Shown here in pieces: positions 1 through 9,244 of a stretch of 64,000 nucleotides of DNA. Position numbers and translations under genes: made by a program. The notes beneath the pieces are model-generated. The model did not search any database, was not told where the DNA came from, and worked only from the letters and a program-made list of their open reading frames with translations. The stretch's first letter is position 1; each line of letters starts with the position of its first letter. Origin of the DNA: an uncultured Planctomycetia bacterium (GTDB lineage: Bacteria; Omnitrophota; Gorgyraeia; 2-01-FULL-45-10); NCBI GenBank assembly GCA_964450115.1, contig CAYVCD010000001.1, positions 8,410 through 72,409 of the forward strand. The letters run 5' to 3'.

Positions 1-680
1 TTGAGCGCATGAATAGAGAGAGAGTTGTAAGGGTAGAGAGCAATGTATACAAGAGATCGCCCGGCAAAGTAATAGAAGATATTAAAGCAGGCTTAAAGAA
101 ACTCACATTACCGTCCGATACCATGGTCAATTTCGGCGGAGAAGCCGAGGAGCAGGGGAAGGCGTTCATGGACCTGACGCTTCTTTTGGTCCTGGGCATC
201 ATACTGGTCTACATGGTAATGGCGGCGCAGTTCGAGTCGCTGATAGATCCGTTAATAGTCATGTTCTCCGTGCCATTCACTTTCACCGGAGTATTGCTCG
301 GATTTTTGATCACCCGCACGACACTCAGCGTAACAACATTTCTAGGTATGGTAATGTTGATGGGCATAGTCGTGAATAACGCCATAGTACTGATAAGCTA
401 CATATCGATATTGCGCCAGAGGGGGTATTCCATGATCGAGGCCGTGACCTTGGGTGGAAAAGACAGATTAAGGCCCGTTCTCATGACGACTATCACGACC
501 CTGGCAGGACTTCTGCCCATGGCGCTTTCGCGTGGTGAAGGTTCGGAGACGTGGCAGCCCCTCGGAATAACGATGATAAGCGGGCTCACGCTATCCACTC
601 TTATAACTATGATATTTGTACCTACGCTGTATGCGGCGGTCGAGGGCCGTATGAAGAAGAAGGTAGAGGTTAAGCCATGA
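1..680 (+). CDS. RND (AcrB/HAE-type) efflux transporter permease, C-terminal fragment (5' truncated by window edge)
   Basis: Translation shows the typical AcrB C-terminal TM10-12 region (…AAQFESLIDPLIVMFSVPF…GIVVNNAIVLISYI…GLLPMAL…). The frame is open to the window start, so the M at 9 is internal. Confidence 0.8.
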   Translation, partial: ERMNRERVVRVESNVYKRSPGKVIEDIKAGLKKLTLPSDTMVNFGGEAEEQGKAFMDLTLLLVLGIILVYMVMAAQFESLIDPLIVMFSVPFTFTGVLLGFLITRTTLSVTTFLGMVMLMGIVVNNAIVLISYISILRQRGYSMIEAVTLGGKDRLRPVLMTTITTLAGLLPMALSRGEGSETWQPLGITMISGLTLSTLITMIFVPTLYAAVEGRMKKKVEVKP

Positions 681-967
681 AGATGGTCATGATATCGTAT
701 AACGAGGCAGTCGAGGTCGAGGTCATGGGATCTCTTACCGAATGCGCTCTAAAGAATTACACAAAGATAACGGATACATACGGCAGCGGTTTGACTTCGG
801 GCACGCACCTGGGCAACGATATATGGCCCGGAAAGAACTGCATACTTTATGTTGCATGCGAAGATAAAGAGGCGAAGCAATTGTTGGCCTGCATAAAAGA
901 ACTGCGCAAGACCATCGGCAAGGAAGGTTTGAAGGCATTCCTTTTGCCGCTCGAGGATATGACATAG
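677..967 (+). CDS. small PII-like (DUF3240-like) protein adjacent to an RND transporter
   Basis: 96 aa with a beta-alpha-beta-beta-alpha-beta pattern and a Gly-rich loop. ATGA overlap with the upstream RND gene. The family assignment is tentative. Confidence 0.35.
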   Translation: MKMVMISYNEAVEVEVMGSLTECALKNYTKITDTYGSGLTSGTHLGNDIWPGKNCILYVACEDKEAKQLLACIKELRKTIGKEGLKAFLLPLEDMT

Positions 968-970
968 CTG

Positions 971-1039
971 TGTCATACCCGCGAAAGCGGGTATCCATAC
1001 ATCAGCATTGTTTGGATTCCCGCTTGCGCGGGAATGACA
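971..1039. repeat. REP-like palindromic doublet (two inverted hairpins ATACCCGC-GAAA-GCGGGTAT and ATTCCCGC-TTGC-GCGGGAAT-gaca)
   Basis: Two 8-bp-stem hairpins in inverted orientation in the gap before greA. The same hairpin recurs at 2714 and 31961–32043. Translating through it gives the recurrent artefact peptide SRLRGND / PRKRES in the ORF track. Confidence 0.55.
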
Positions 1040-1065
1040 GTAATAATGAAAATGGAGGACTTTTG

Positions 1066-1545
1066 ATGAGCTTAGGAAATGTTTATCTGTCTCATGACGG
1101 TTACGAAAAATTAAGAAAAGAGCTTGAGCAATTAAAGACCACAAAACGCAGAGAGATATCAAAAGCTATCGGAGAGGCGCGCGCTCACGGGGACTTAAGC
1201 GAGAACGCCGAATATACATATGCCAAAGAGGCTCAGGGCATGAATGAGAAGAAGATATCAGAACTGGAAGAGAAGCTCTCGAGAGCGAAAATTATAGACG
1301 AGAGCGCGATGTCCAAGGATGAGATCCTGATAGGCGCGAAAGTGAAGCTTAAAGATATGGACTCCTCCGAAGAGCTGGAGTATTCTCTAGTCGCTGAGGA
1401 AGAGGCCGACTATTCCGCAGGCAAGATCTCCGTCACTTCGCCGGTCGGCGAGGCTCTTCTGGGTCACAAAGTGAGCGATACGGTCAAGATAAAGATACCT
1501 GCCGGCACATTAACGTATAAGGTGCTTAAAATAACTAGAGAATGA
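1066..1545 (+). CDS. greA: transcription elongation factor GreA
   Basis: 159 aa. N-terminal coiled-coil (…LRKELEQLKTTKRREISKAIGEARAHGDLSENAEY…) and C-terminal FKBP-like domain. GGAGGA RBS 7 nt upstream of ATG 1066. The upstream part of the longer ORF (from 970) is the REP element. Confidence 0.85.
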   Translation: MSLGNVYLSHDGYEKLRKELEQLKTTKRREISKAIGEARAHGDLSENAEYTYAKEAQGMNEKKISELEEKLSRAKIIDESAMSKDEILIGAKVKLKDMDSSEELEYSLVAEEEADYSAGKISVTSPVGEALLGHKVSDTVKIKIPAGTLTYKVLKITRE

Positions 1546-2693
1546 GCCGTCCCCTCTGTAAACATTTCGGAGTCTGCGGAGGATGTGATTCGCAGGACCT
1601 GCCTTACGAGAAACAATTAGAAGATAAAGAAGCCCGCCTGAGAGATATATTTTCCCAGTTCAATATCAAAGAGACAACGCGAATCATCCCTTCCCCGGAG
1701 ATCTACCACTACAGGAATAAGATGGAGTATGCTGTAGGCACGTGGGATGCCGTCAAAGTCGTCGGCTTAAGGGAGAAGAAGAGATTTTACCATGTGGTGG
1801 GCCTTGACGAGTGCAGGATATTCAGTAAAGACGTCTCTGATATATTTGGTATCTTTTCTAAATGGATCGCAGATAACAATATAGAACCGTATCATAACTC
1901 AAAAGGCACCGGACTTTTGAGGTACCTGGCGCTCAGGCATTCAAAACATTACGACGATATCATGGCTATAGTGGTCGCAAGATCGGACAAAATAGATAGA
2001 TCCTGCCTGGTAAGAGAATTGCGCAAATTCAAAAAGATAAGATCCATCTACTTATGCGTAAATGACGGGGTGTCCGATGTCTCGGTGGCGGGAGATCTAA
2101 AGCTTATAGATGGAGATGAGCGCATAAAAGAGAGGATCAACGGCATTGATTATTTTATAGGCCCTGAGTCCTTCTTCCAGACCAACTCCTACTGCTCGGG
2201 CTCTCTCTACGCGGCTATTAAAGAAGAGGCGAAAGGCATTGGAGGCAAGGCGCTCGATCTATGCTGCGGGCTGGGCGGCATAACGCTGCAGGTGGCGGAT
2301 ATATTCGCGTCATTGACCGGCGTGGATATATCGGCACGCAATATTGAAGACGCTCTCCTTAACGCAAGATCGAACAATATCGATAATGTGGATTTTATAT
2401 GCCAGGATGCAGAAAAATATATCCAGAATATCCATTCCTCAGGCGCCATCAAACAATTTTCCGCCATCATTCTTGATCCGCCGCGCGCCGGCCTTGGCAA
2501 GAAGACCAGAGTAGCCGTGCGCGACAGCCAGGTGAAGAATATCATATATGTGTCATGCAACCCAAAGAACCTGGCAGAAGACCTGAAGGTTCTTACAGAG
2601 GCTTACGACATAGAGAAGATGATCCCGGTCGACATGTTCCCTCATACGAAACATGCAGAGGTTATTGCTATTCTTAAATCGAATAAGGTATAA
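1542..2693 (+). CDS. class I SAM-dependent RNA (uracil-5)-methyltransferase, RumA/RlmD/TrmA family (no TRAM domain)
   Basis: N-terminal Fe-S Cys cluster CKHFGVCGGC. Motifs FFQTN, DLCCGLGG (SAM site), DPPRAGL and YVSCNP. ATGA overlap with greA. Confidence 0.8.
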   Translation: MSRPLCKHFGVCGGCDSQDLPYEKQLEDKEARLRDIFSQFNIKETTRIIPSPEIYHYRNKMEYAVGTWDAVKVVGLREKKRFYHVVGLDECRIFSKDVSDIFGIFSKWIADNNIEPYHNSKGTGLLRYLALRHSKHYDDIMAIVVARSDKIDRSCLVRELRKFKKIRSIYLCVNDGVSDVSVAGDLKLIDGDERIKERINGIDYFIGPESFFQTNSYCSGSLYAAIKEEAKGIGGKALDLCCGLGGITLQVADIFASLTGVDISARNIEDALLNARSNNIDNVDFICQDAEKYIQNIHSSGAIKQFSAIILDPPRAGLGKKTRVAVRDSQVKNIIYVSCNPKNLAEDLKVLTEAYDIEKMIPVDMFPHTKHAEVIAILKSNKV

Positions 2694-2713
2694 TTACATT
2701 GATATCTACTATT

Positions 2714-2741
2714 GTCATTCCCGCGTAAGCGGGAATCCATT
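2714..2741. repeat. REP-like palindromic element (tgtc-ATTCCCGC-GTAA-GCGGGAAT-cc)
   Basis: Same hairpin as at 1016–1039 but in the opposite orientation. Intergenic, immediately 5' of the protease start. Confidence 0.55.
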
Positions 2742-3515
2742 ATGCTAAAATATAAGATAATATCTATCTTCTTTGCGTCTTCCCTATGCGTCGTGTTGTT
2801 GGCGTATGCGGATACCGTATACTTAAAAAATGGCGGCAGCGTTTCCGGCGTTATAGAAAAAGAAGGCGATAATACGGTAGAGGTCAATACGGGTTTTGGC
2901 ACAGTCACTTTCAAGAAAGCCCAGATAAAGAATATCGAAAGGTCGAGCGCTGAAGAATCTCAGGAGATGGCCCAGGAGTGGGAAGAAGAGAGAGAGGAAT
3001 TGAAGTCCAAGGAGAAGGAGTTCGAAGAGGCGCGCGATAGTAGATTTAAGGGAGCCTACGAGAACTGGGTGGAGGAAGCGAAGGTGAAGAGAACCGAGGA
3101 AGGGCGCGTCACGAAGCAGATCGATATAAAGCATGAGCCCGGCGGCAAAGGCATAATAGTCGAGGTCTTGTTGAACAACAGCGTAAAGGTGAACCTGGTA
3201 TTGGATACTGGCGCGTCGATCATAGTCCTTTCGCGCAAAGCGGGCGAAAAGCTTGGTCTAGACCTTTCCGACACAAAGAAAGATGTTATGGAGATGCGTC
3301 TTGCCGATGGCAGCAAGGCTAAGGCCAGGGCGATGATCCTCGATAGCGTAAAGATAAAGGATGTCGAGGTAAAGGGCGTGATGGCGGCCATCCTGCTTGA
3401 CGAAGTTCCCACGATCGGTGTTACAGAAGGCCTTTTAGGGATGTCATTCTTAAATAAGTTCAACCTAAAGACGGACCTTAAGAATATGTCGATGAGCCTG
3501 GAAAGAATAGAATAA
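2742..3515 (+). CDS. secreted retropepsin-like (clan AA) aspartic protease
   Basis: Signal-peptide-like N-terminus (MLKYKIISIFFASSLCVVLLAYA). C-terminal domain carries a DTGAS active-site motif (VLDTGASIIVLS). ATG 2742 is chosen over TTG 2712 because 2712–2741 is the REP hairpin. Confidence 0.7.
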   Translation: MLKYKIISIFFASSLCVVLLAYADTVYLKNGGSVSGVIEKEGDNTVEVNTGFGTVTFKKAQIKNIERSSAEESQEMAQEWEEEREELKSKEKEFEEARDSRFKGAYENWVEEAKVKRTEEGRVTKQIDIKHEPGGKGIIVEVLLNNSVKVNLVLDTGASIIVLSRKAGEKLGLDLSDTKKDVMEMRLADGSKAKARAMILDSVKIKDVEVKGVMAAILLDEVPTIGVTEGLLGMSFLNKFNLKTDLKNMSMSLERIE

Positions 3516-3533
3516 TATATAAAGGAGCCCGAA

Positions 3534-3917
3534 ATGAAAGTCAGGATATATTATCATGATACTGATTGCGGCGGGGTGGTGTATTACGCAAATTATTTGA
3601 AATATCTGGAAGAGGCAAGGAGCGAATATTTTGAAGAGCGCGGCCTCATCATAAAGGATATGTTGAAGGATGGCATAGGTTTTGTGGTGGCGCGGCAGGA
3701 GATAGACTACAAGTCGCCTTCTTTTTACGGAGACACTCTGGAGGTGAAGACGCGCATCACGGATGCGACGTTGACGAGGGTCAATTTCGAATATGATATA
3801 GTTAAGGACTCCGGCGCTCTTGTGGCAAGCGCCAAGACGGTGATAGTATTTGTGGATAAGACACTCAAGCCAAAGAGAATACCGGAGGATATACTGAAGA
3901 AACTGGAGACGAAATGA
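3534..3917 (+). CDS. YbgC/FadM-family acyl-CoA thioesterase (hotdog fold)
   Basis: YHDTDCGGVVYYANYLKYLEEAR signature of 4HBT/YbgC thioesterases. AAGGAG RBS. Confidence 0.8.
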   Translation: MKVRIYYHDTDCGGVVYYANYLKYLEEARSEYFEERGLIIKDMLKDGIGFVVARQEIDYKSPSFYGDTLEVKTRITDATLTRVNFEYDIVKDSGALVASAKTVIVFVDKTLKPKRIPEDILKKLETK

Positions 3918-4846
3918 AGGTAGGCGATTGCGAAATAAAAATTATACATAGCGATATCACCGGTGTGGCCGTCGATGCTATCGTCAATGCCGCTAATAAT
4001 AAATTGCGGATGGGCGGCGGCGTTGCCGGCGCTATTAAAAAGGCAGGCGGTACCTCAATAGAGGAAGAGGCCGTTAAGAAGGGCCCTATCGAGATAGGCG
4101 GCGCGGTAGCGACCGGAGCGGGCTCACTCAAGGCGCGTTATGTCATTCACGCGGCGACTATGGGGCTGGATCATAAGACCGATGAGATAAAGATAAGGAA
4201 TTCATGCGCCAGCGCATTCAAGGTGGCGGACGAATTAAAGATCAAGTCGATCGCCTTTCCGGCTCTCGGATGCGGGGTCGGCGGTTTTCCTCTGAAGGCG
4301 AGCGCCAAGATAATGGCGCAGGAAGTCATGAAGCATCTACGAGAAAATAAAACATCTTTAAAAGAGATCGTATTCTGCATGCGCGAAAAAGAGGCCTATG
4401 AGATATTCGATAAGAATGTCGCCGGATATATCGATTACATGCTGACCAAGCAGGGCAGGGGCCCATTCGTGGCAGTCGACGCCATCATAGAGATCGACGG
4501 CGGCATAGTGATAATAGAGCGCTCCAACCCGCCGTTCGGATGGGCGCTGCCGGGCGGATTCGTGGATAACTACGAGAGCCTCGAGGATGCGGTGAAGCGC
4601 GAGATGAAAGAGGAGACTTCGCTCGAGCTGCTTGATCTCAAACAGTTCCACGCATATTCAAAACCGGGCCGAGACCCGCGCTTCCACACGATAGGCATAG
4701 TCTTCACGGCAAAAGGTAAGGGAACGCCCAAGGCAGGAGACGACGCGGCCAATCTAAAAGTCATCAAGCTAACCGACATAGACAATATCCCATTCGCCTT
4801 CGACCACAATCAAGTCCTCAAAGACTACCTCGCAAACAGGAAATAA
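3914..4846 (+). CDS. macro domain (ADP-ribose/O-acetyl-ADP-ribose binding) fused to a NUDIX hydrolase
   Basis: N-terminal macro domain (…VDAIVNAANNKLRMGGGVAGAIKKAGG…IHAATMG…). C-terminal Nudix box (GGFVDNYESLEDAVKREMKEETSLEL). Confidence 0.75.
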   Translation: MKVGDCEIKIIHSDITGVAVDAIVNAANNKLRMGGGVAGAIKKAGGTSIEEEAVKKGPIEIGGAVATGAGSLKARYVIHAATMGLDHKTDEIKIRNSCASAFKVADELKIKSIAFPALGCGVGGFPLKASAKIMAQEVMKHLRENKTSLKEIVFCMREKEAYEIFDKNVAGYIDYMLTKQGRGPFVAVDAIIEIDGGIVIIERSNPPFGWALPGGFVDNYESLEDAVKREMKEETSLELLDLKQFHAYSKPGRDPRFHTIGIVFTAKGKGTPKAGDDAANLKVIKLTDIDNIPFAFDHNQVLKDYLANRK

Positions 4847-4881
4847 TCACATCCTTAGAATTAATTTTTCACCTCAACCAT

Positions 4882-5079
4882 TAGGCGGGAACTTACGGTG
4901 CCCGCCTTCCGCTTGACGCAAATTGCATTAGGCATGCAATTTGCTATGTAAAAATTCTGACAAAAATTCAGCCCTAAGACTTATTCCAGCATCATTGGTC
5001 GTCTGAATTTTTTCTGTACCGCCATAAGGTGTCAGAATTTTTGACATTCGCTCCAGGCGGATCACCGTAAGTTCCGCCT
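4882..5079. repeat. ~200-bp nested-palindrome element (outer IR GGCGGGAACTTACGGTG / CACCGTAAGTTCCGCC)
   Basis: Outer 16–17-bp inverted repeats at 4882–4899 and 5063–5079. An inner perfect 11-bp-stem hairpin GCAAATTGCAT-taggc-ATGCAATTTGC. A 13-bp IR AAAAATTCTGACA / TGTCAGAATTTTT. A 7-bp IR AATTCAG / CTGAATT. Confidence 0.5.
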
Positions 5080-5107
5080 TCAGTATGAATGAAAAATTTC
5101 TAGTGCT

Positions 5108-5442
5108 GGCAGGCGAGACCTTGCGGGGTGGTTGCCGGAGCGGCGTTACAAATTTCACTTCGCTCTACGCGAGAAATCCCCGAGCTCCGTGGAATTTCCT
5201 ACTTGTAAGCGAGGGAAATTTTGATACCTTATGGCAATATAGAAAGGCCGGACAAACTGCTCAAGCTATGTATGGTTGGCAGGTTGGACGGCCATCAAAA
5301 TTTGTCCGAGCAAATTTACTTGCCTAATGTAAATTTCACTTCGCTCTCCATGAGGAATCCCCGAGCTTCGTGGAATTTCCTACTCGTAAGCGAGGGAAAT
5401 TTGCGTCCGCGCAGGCAATTACCCCGCAAGGTCACCGCCTGC
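5108..5442. repeat. 335-bp TIR-flanked structured repeat element, copy A (MITE-like or structured ncRNA)
   Basis: Near-identical copy at 9245–9578. Terminal inverted repeats GCAGGCGAGACCTTGCGGGGT … ACCCCGCAAGGTCACCGCCTGC. Contains two tandem ~72-bp imperfect-hairpin units (AAATTTCACTTCGCTC…GGAATTTCC…GCGAGGGAAATTT) separated by a ~110-bp foldable spacer. Confidence 0.7.
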
Positions 5443-5555
5443 TGGCTAATGTAAATTCAAATCAACTTAGGAAATTTCGAAGAGCTTGGTCTTTGAGGTT
5501 TCGCCGCTCTTTTTATTGGCTAAATCAATTATTTTGAACTATAATTGAAACCAAT

Positions 5556-7433
5556 ATGATATATGACCGTTTTCAGCAGGAGGCGATCGAGCACATAAAT
5601 AACGGTTATTCTGTTATCGTCTCCGCTCCCACCGGCGCCGGCAAGACGGCCATCGCCGAACATGTCATCAGTAAATGCCTGGATGAGAAGATAGGCGTGA
5701 TATACACGGCGCCGTTAAAAGCGCTCTCGAACCAGAAGTTCCGGGACTTCCAGGTGAACTTCAAGGACGACATAGGCATCCTTACCGGCGACGTCTCCCT
5801 TAACGCCAGCGCGCCCGTTCTTATAATGACCACCGAGATATTCCGCAATAAGATCCTAGATGACCCGGAGAGCCTCGCGCAGTATCAATGGATCATATTC
5901 GACGAGATACACTATATAGATAACCCCGAGCGCGGGACGGTCTGGGAAGAGTCCCTGATATTCCTGCCCAAGCACATGAAGATACTCGGCCTTTCAGCGA
6001 CGATACCTAATATAAAAGAGTTCGCCTCCTGGATAGAGTCCATCCATAAGAAAGAGGTCAAGGTCGTCATTGAAGAGACCAGACCCGTGCCGCTACACTT
6101 CTTCTACCAGTGCCATAACCAGGTGGTCGATAAGATAGAGCTCTTGAGGAAGATGCGCATGAGAAAGCCGAACATCCTCAGGACCATCATACACTACATA
6201 AGGCAGAAGAACGGCCTGCCCTGTATATACTTCGTATTCGGCAGACGGCGCGCCGAAGAACTTGCATTTGAACTCTTCAGTGAAAACTTCCTTACTAAGG
6301 AAGAGGAGATCAAGATAAGGGATATGTACGACTCTCTTTGCGAGCACTACGATCTCTTACACGAAAAGACGGCAAACTCCATGAGACAGCTGATAACCAG
6401 GGGCATAGCCTATCATCACGCCGGAATGCTCCCCACCCTCAAAGAGGTGGTGGAGAGGTTATTTACGAGCAGGCTCTTGAAGGTCATCTTCACCACGGAA
6501 ACATTCGCTCTCGGCATAAATATGCCGAGCCGCTCCGTAGTATTCGATGACTTGAGAAAGTTCTACGGCAGCTTCATCAGAAATCTGAAGACGCGCGATT
6601 TTTACCAGATGGCCGGACGGGCCGGAAGGCGCGGCATAGATACCGAGGGTTTTGTATACTGCCGTATAAATCCGAGACGGATCGAGTTTCCGGAAGTGCG
6701 TAGAATTATTTACGGAAAACCGGAAGAGGTAAAGAGCCAGTTCAATACATCATACGCCACTATCCTGAATCTTTATGAAGAGCATAAAGAGGACCTGTAC
6801 AAAATATATCCTTTCTCGCTGCATTATTATCAGAGTAAAATTCACCATCAGCGCGAAGCGCTGCGACTTATGGAGTCGAAGCTGAAGCTATTGAAAGAGC
6901 TCGGCCACATAGAGAACGGCATCCTCACGCCGAAGGGGATGTTCGCTAAAGCAGTTTATGGTTACGAGCTTTTGCTGGGAGAGTTCTTCCAGGAGAATAT
7001 TTTTGAACAGCTCGATGAGCTGGGCATAGGCATGCTGGCAGCCGGCGTAGTCTTTGAACCGAGGAAGAATCAGAGCGGAGTGGGGGTACCCAAAGAAGGC
7101 GTCCAGTTGGAAAAGATGTGTCGCGACATCCACGAGAATATAAGGCGTCAAGAGATAAAGTATAAGATCTATCCATTCTCCAAGGCACCCCATTTTCATA
7201 TGGCGAAAGCTATAAATATGTGGATGCGCGGTGAGAAGTTCGCTCAAGTCCTGCGTTTTACCGATACGGATGAGGGGGAGGTCGTGCGATATTTCCGCAT
7301 GTCTATACAGATACTGCGCGAAATGGCGGACTCCGAAGCCTCATCATATCTATTGAAGGACAGGATAAAAAATACCATACGCCTGATAAACCGCGATGTT
7401 GTAGATGCGGAGAAACAGCTTCGCGAGGGATAG
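5556..7433 (+). CDS. superfamily 2 DEAD/DEAH-box helicase (Ski2/HelY-like)
   Basis: Walker A APTGAGKT, DEIH box (FDEIHYI), SAT motif, helicase C motifs (HHAGMLP, QMAGRAGRRG). Confidence 0.8.
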   Translation: MIYDRFQQEAIEHINNGYSVIVSAPTGAGKTAIAEHVISKCLDEKIGVIYTAPLKALSNQKFRDFQVNFKDDIGILTGDVSLNASAPVLIMTTEIFRNKILDDPESLAQYQWIIFDEIHYIDNPERGTVWEESLIFLPKHMKILGLSATIPNIKEFASWIESIHKKEVKVVIEETRPVPLHFFYQCHNQVVDKIELLRKMRMRKPNILRTIIHYIRQKNGLPCIYFVFGRRRAEELAFELFSENFLTKEEEIKIRDMYDSLCEHYDLLHEKTANSMRQLITRGIAYHHAGMLPTLKEVVERLFTSRLLKVIFTTETFALGINMPSRSVVFDDLRKFYGSFIRNLKTRDFYQMAGRAGRRGIDTEGFVYCRINPRRIEFPEVRRIIYGKPEEVKSQFNTSYATILNLYEEHKEDLYKIYPFSLHYYQSKIHHQREALRLMESKLKLLKELGHIENGILTPKGMFAKAVYGYELLLGEFFQENIFEQLDELGIGMLAAGVVFEPRKNQSGVGVPKEGVQLEKMCRDIHENIRRQEIKYKIYPFSKAPHFHMAKAINMWMRGEKFAQVLRFTDTDEGEVVRYFRMSIQILREMADSEASSYLLKDRIKNTIRLINRDVVDAEKQLREG

Positions 7434-7445
7434 GATTATTATATA

Positions 7446-7474
7446 TTGAAGTTTTGTATTTTTTGGAGTAGAAT
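7446..7474 (+). promoter_or_regulatory. putative sigma70-type promoter (TTGAAG –17– TAGAAT) upstream of the OmpA/LysM gene
   Basis: Hexamers at 7446–7451 and 7469–7474, in the AT-rich gap before ATG 7514. Confidence 0.3.
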
Positions 7475-7513
7475 ATACCCGTTAATTAAAAACCGCAAAT
7501 TAGGAGAATCACC

Positions 7514-8455
7514 ATGAAAAGAGTCGTATCCCTCATATTAATGTCCCTCTTCGTAATCGTTTCGGTCGGCTATAGCTACGCTGCGGAGCTTGAAGGAAAA
7601 CATAAGGCCCAAATGGACGAGATGCAGAAGAAGTTCCATTGGTGGCCGACGGACGCCAAACCCAATCCCGTGAAAGATGAGCGCGGCGGATACTGGTGGT
7701 GGCCTAAAGATAAAGGCACGACAAGCGGACTATGGGGCAATAGAGGATATGTTTACGTATACAAGATAATTTATGACTACAAAGAGGGCCTGCCGGAGCC
7801 TAAGAAAGACGAGCTCAGGGCGTCGCTCCTGGTAAAGAAGATACATAAGAACGTAAAGGTATATTTTGATTTCGATAAGTCAGAGATCCGCGATGATGCC
7901 ATTTCCGTGCTTGAGCAAGGCGTGGCGCTGCTGAATAAGAATCCCGAAACAAACATATTGATTACAGGGAATTGTGATCAGCGCGGGAGCGAAAAATATA
8001 ATGAGAAACTGGGCTTACGGCGCGGAGAGAGCGTAAAGAAGTTCATGGTGGATAAGGGCATACCCGAAGATCGTATAAAGATCGTAAGCCGCGGCAAGCT
8101 CGATGCCATCGCATATGTTAAAGATCTTTTAGGGATGGCCAAGGACAGGAATGCGCAGTTTATGGTGGCCGAGGTAGAAGAGATCAATATCCCATATGCC
8201 GGCGATATACCTGAGGGCGCTACAGCAGTTGAGGAAGGCAAATATATAGAGGAGAAAGAGGTGATAGTCGAGTCCGAGCCTAAAGTCTCAACCAGGGAAT
8301 ATATCATCAAGCAGAACGACTCCCTCTGGAAGATAGCCCAGAGCCAGTTGGGCAGCGGACATCGCTGGAAATATCTGTACGAACTGAACAAAGACAGGAT
8401 AAAGAACCCGAAGAAACTAAAAGCAGGTACGACGATAATAATACCTGTAGAATAG
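7514..8455 (+). CDS. OmpA-family peptidoglycan-associated protein with C-terminal LysM domain
   Basis: Signal peptide. OmpA_C-like region (…ILITGNCDQRGSEKYNEKLGLRRGESV…). LysM (YIIKQNDSLWKIAQSQLGSGHRWKYLYELN…). Confidence 0.8.
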   Translation: MKRVVSLILMSLFVIVSVGYSYAAELEGKHKAQMDEMQKKFHWWPTDAKPNPVKDERGGYWWWPKDKGTTSGLWGNRGYVYVYKIIYDYKEGLPEPKKDELRASLLVKKIHKNVKVYFDFDKSEIRDDAISVLEQGVALLNKNPETNILITGNCDQRGSEKYNEKLGLRRGESVKKFMVDKGIPEDRIKIVSRGKLDAIAYVKDLLGMAKDRNAQFMVAEVEEINIPYAGDIPEGATAVEEGKYIEEKEVIVESEPKVSTREYIIKQNDSLWKIAQSQLGSGHRWKYLYELNKDRIKNPKKLKAGTTIIIPVE

Positions 8456-8460
8456 GTCAT

Positions 8461-8949
8461 ATGATAGAGGTAGATTCGGCAGCCATAAAGCTCTCGAGCC
8501 TTTTAAAAGAGAATCTTATAGAACTAGGGCTTGAGGGCAAAGATAAAACAGAGATAATAGACGAGTTAGTAGATATAATAATCAAGTCGGGCAAGTCAAA
8601 GAACAAGAAGGCTCTCGCGGCCGCTATAATGGGGCGCGAAAATCTGGGGTCTACGGCCATAGGCAACGGCGTCGCCGTGCCTCACGCCAAGATCGACGGT
8701 ATAAGACAGACGGTGCTGGCCTTCGGCAGGTCGGCCGTCGGGGTGGACTTCAACTCCCTGGACGGCGAAAAGACGCACCTCTTCTTCATGCTTATATCGC
8801 CGAAAGAGGATATAGGCTCCCATCTAAAGATACTCGCAAAGATATCGCACCTCATCAAAGACCGCTTCATGGTAGGCCTCTTCAAAAAAGCTCATAGCAA
8901 AAAAGAAGTCCTCTCAATGATCACCAATCTGGAAAAGTCCTCAAAGTAA
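8461..8949 (+). CDS. PTS EIIA type-2 domain protein (PtsN/EIIA-Ntr-like)
   Basis: …LGSTAIGNGVAVPHAKIDG… with the conserved His. 162 aa is typical of stand-alone EIIA-Ntr. Confidence 0.8.
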   Translation: MIEVDSAAIKLSSLLKENLIELGLEGKDKTEIIDELVDIIIKSGKSKNKKALAAAIMGRENLGSTAIGNGVAVPHAKIDGIRQTVLAFGRSAVGVDFNSLDGEKTHLFFMLISPKEDIGSHLKILAKISHLIKDRFMVGLFKKAHSKKEVLSMITNLEKSSK

Positions 8950-8996
8950 ACAGTTTTTAAGCTCAGGCAGGCATCGACCTCGCGGGGCCAACTCTC

Positions 8997-9231
8997 AAAA
9001 CCTAAGCCTTGTTATGTTCCGCACAAGGCCACCTAATAAGGTGGCAGGAAAAATGTTTCCCCTCACAGTAAAGCTTGAGGTCGGTCTTTTGCTCAGTCGA
9101 AAAACGGGGGCCTGCGGAACTCCCCCGCCAGAGGCGGGGTCAGACATCCTCGGCCCTTTTTAACCGTTTTTCTCCATCACAAAAGACCTAACATTTTTAT
9201 TGTGCGTCACATAACGAAGGCTTAGGTTTTA
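8997..9231. repeat. ~235-bp palindromic element (outer IR AAACCTAAGCCTTGTTATGT / ACATAACGAAGGCTTAGGTTTT) with internal hairpins
   Basis: Inverted repeats at 8997–9016 and 9210–9231. Internal hairpins CCTTGT…ACAAGG, GCCACC-TAATAA-GGTGGC, CGGGGG…CCCCCG and CCCCGCC-AGA-GGCGGGG. Same position as element 4882–5079 relative to the 335-bp repeat, but a different sequence. Confidence 0.45.
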
Positions 9232-9244
9232 CAGCACATAACCG

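Noticed and set aside
970-1065. N-terminal extension of greA in the ORF track (MSYPRKRVSIHQHCLDSRLRGNDSNNENGGLL)
   Set aside because: This stretch is the translated REP-like hairpin doublet, and the same peptide artefact appears at other REP sites. A GGAGGA RBS precedes ATG 1066, which gives a 159-aa GreA of canonical length.
5085-5454. Small + strand ORFs (80 and 77 aa) inside the 335-bp repeat, and the near-identical 98-aa ORF at 9358–9654
   Set aside because: Their near-identity reflects the near-identical repeat DNA rather than selection on a protein. No RBS is present, the region folds into nested hairpins, and the reading frames differ at the 3' ends between copies.
8950-9240. Possible tmRNA / tRNA / RNase P in the structured gap after the PTS-IIA gene
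   Set aside because: No tRNA-like T-arm (GGTTCGAATCC-type) or acceptor/CCA features are present. The length and motifs do not fit RNase P or tmRNA. It is better described as an IR-flanked palindromic element of unknown nature.
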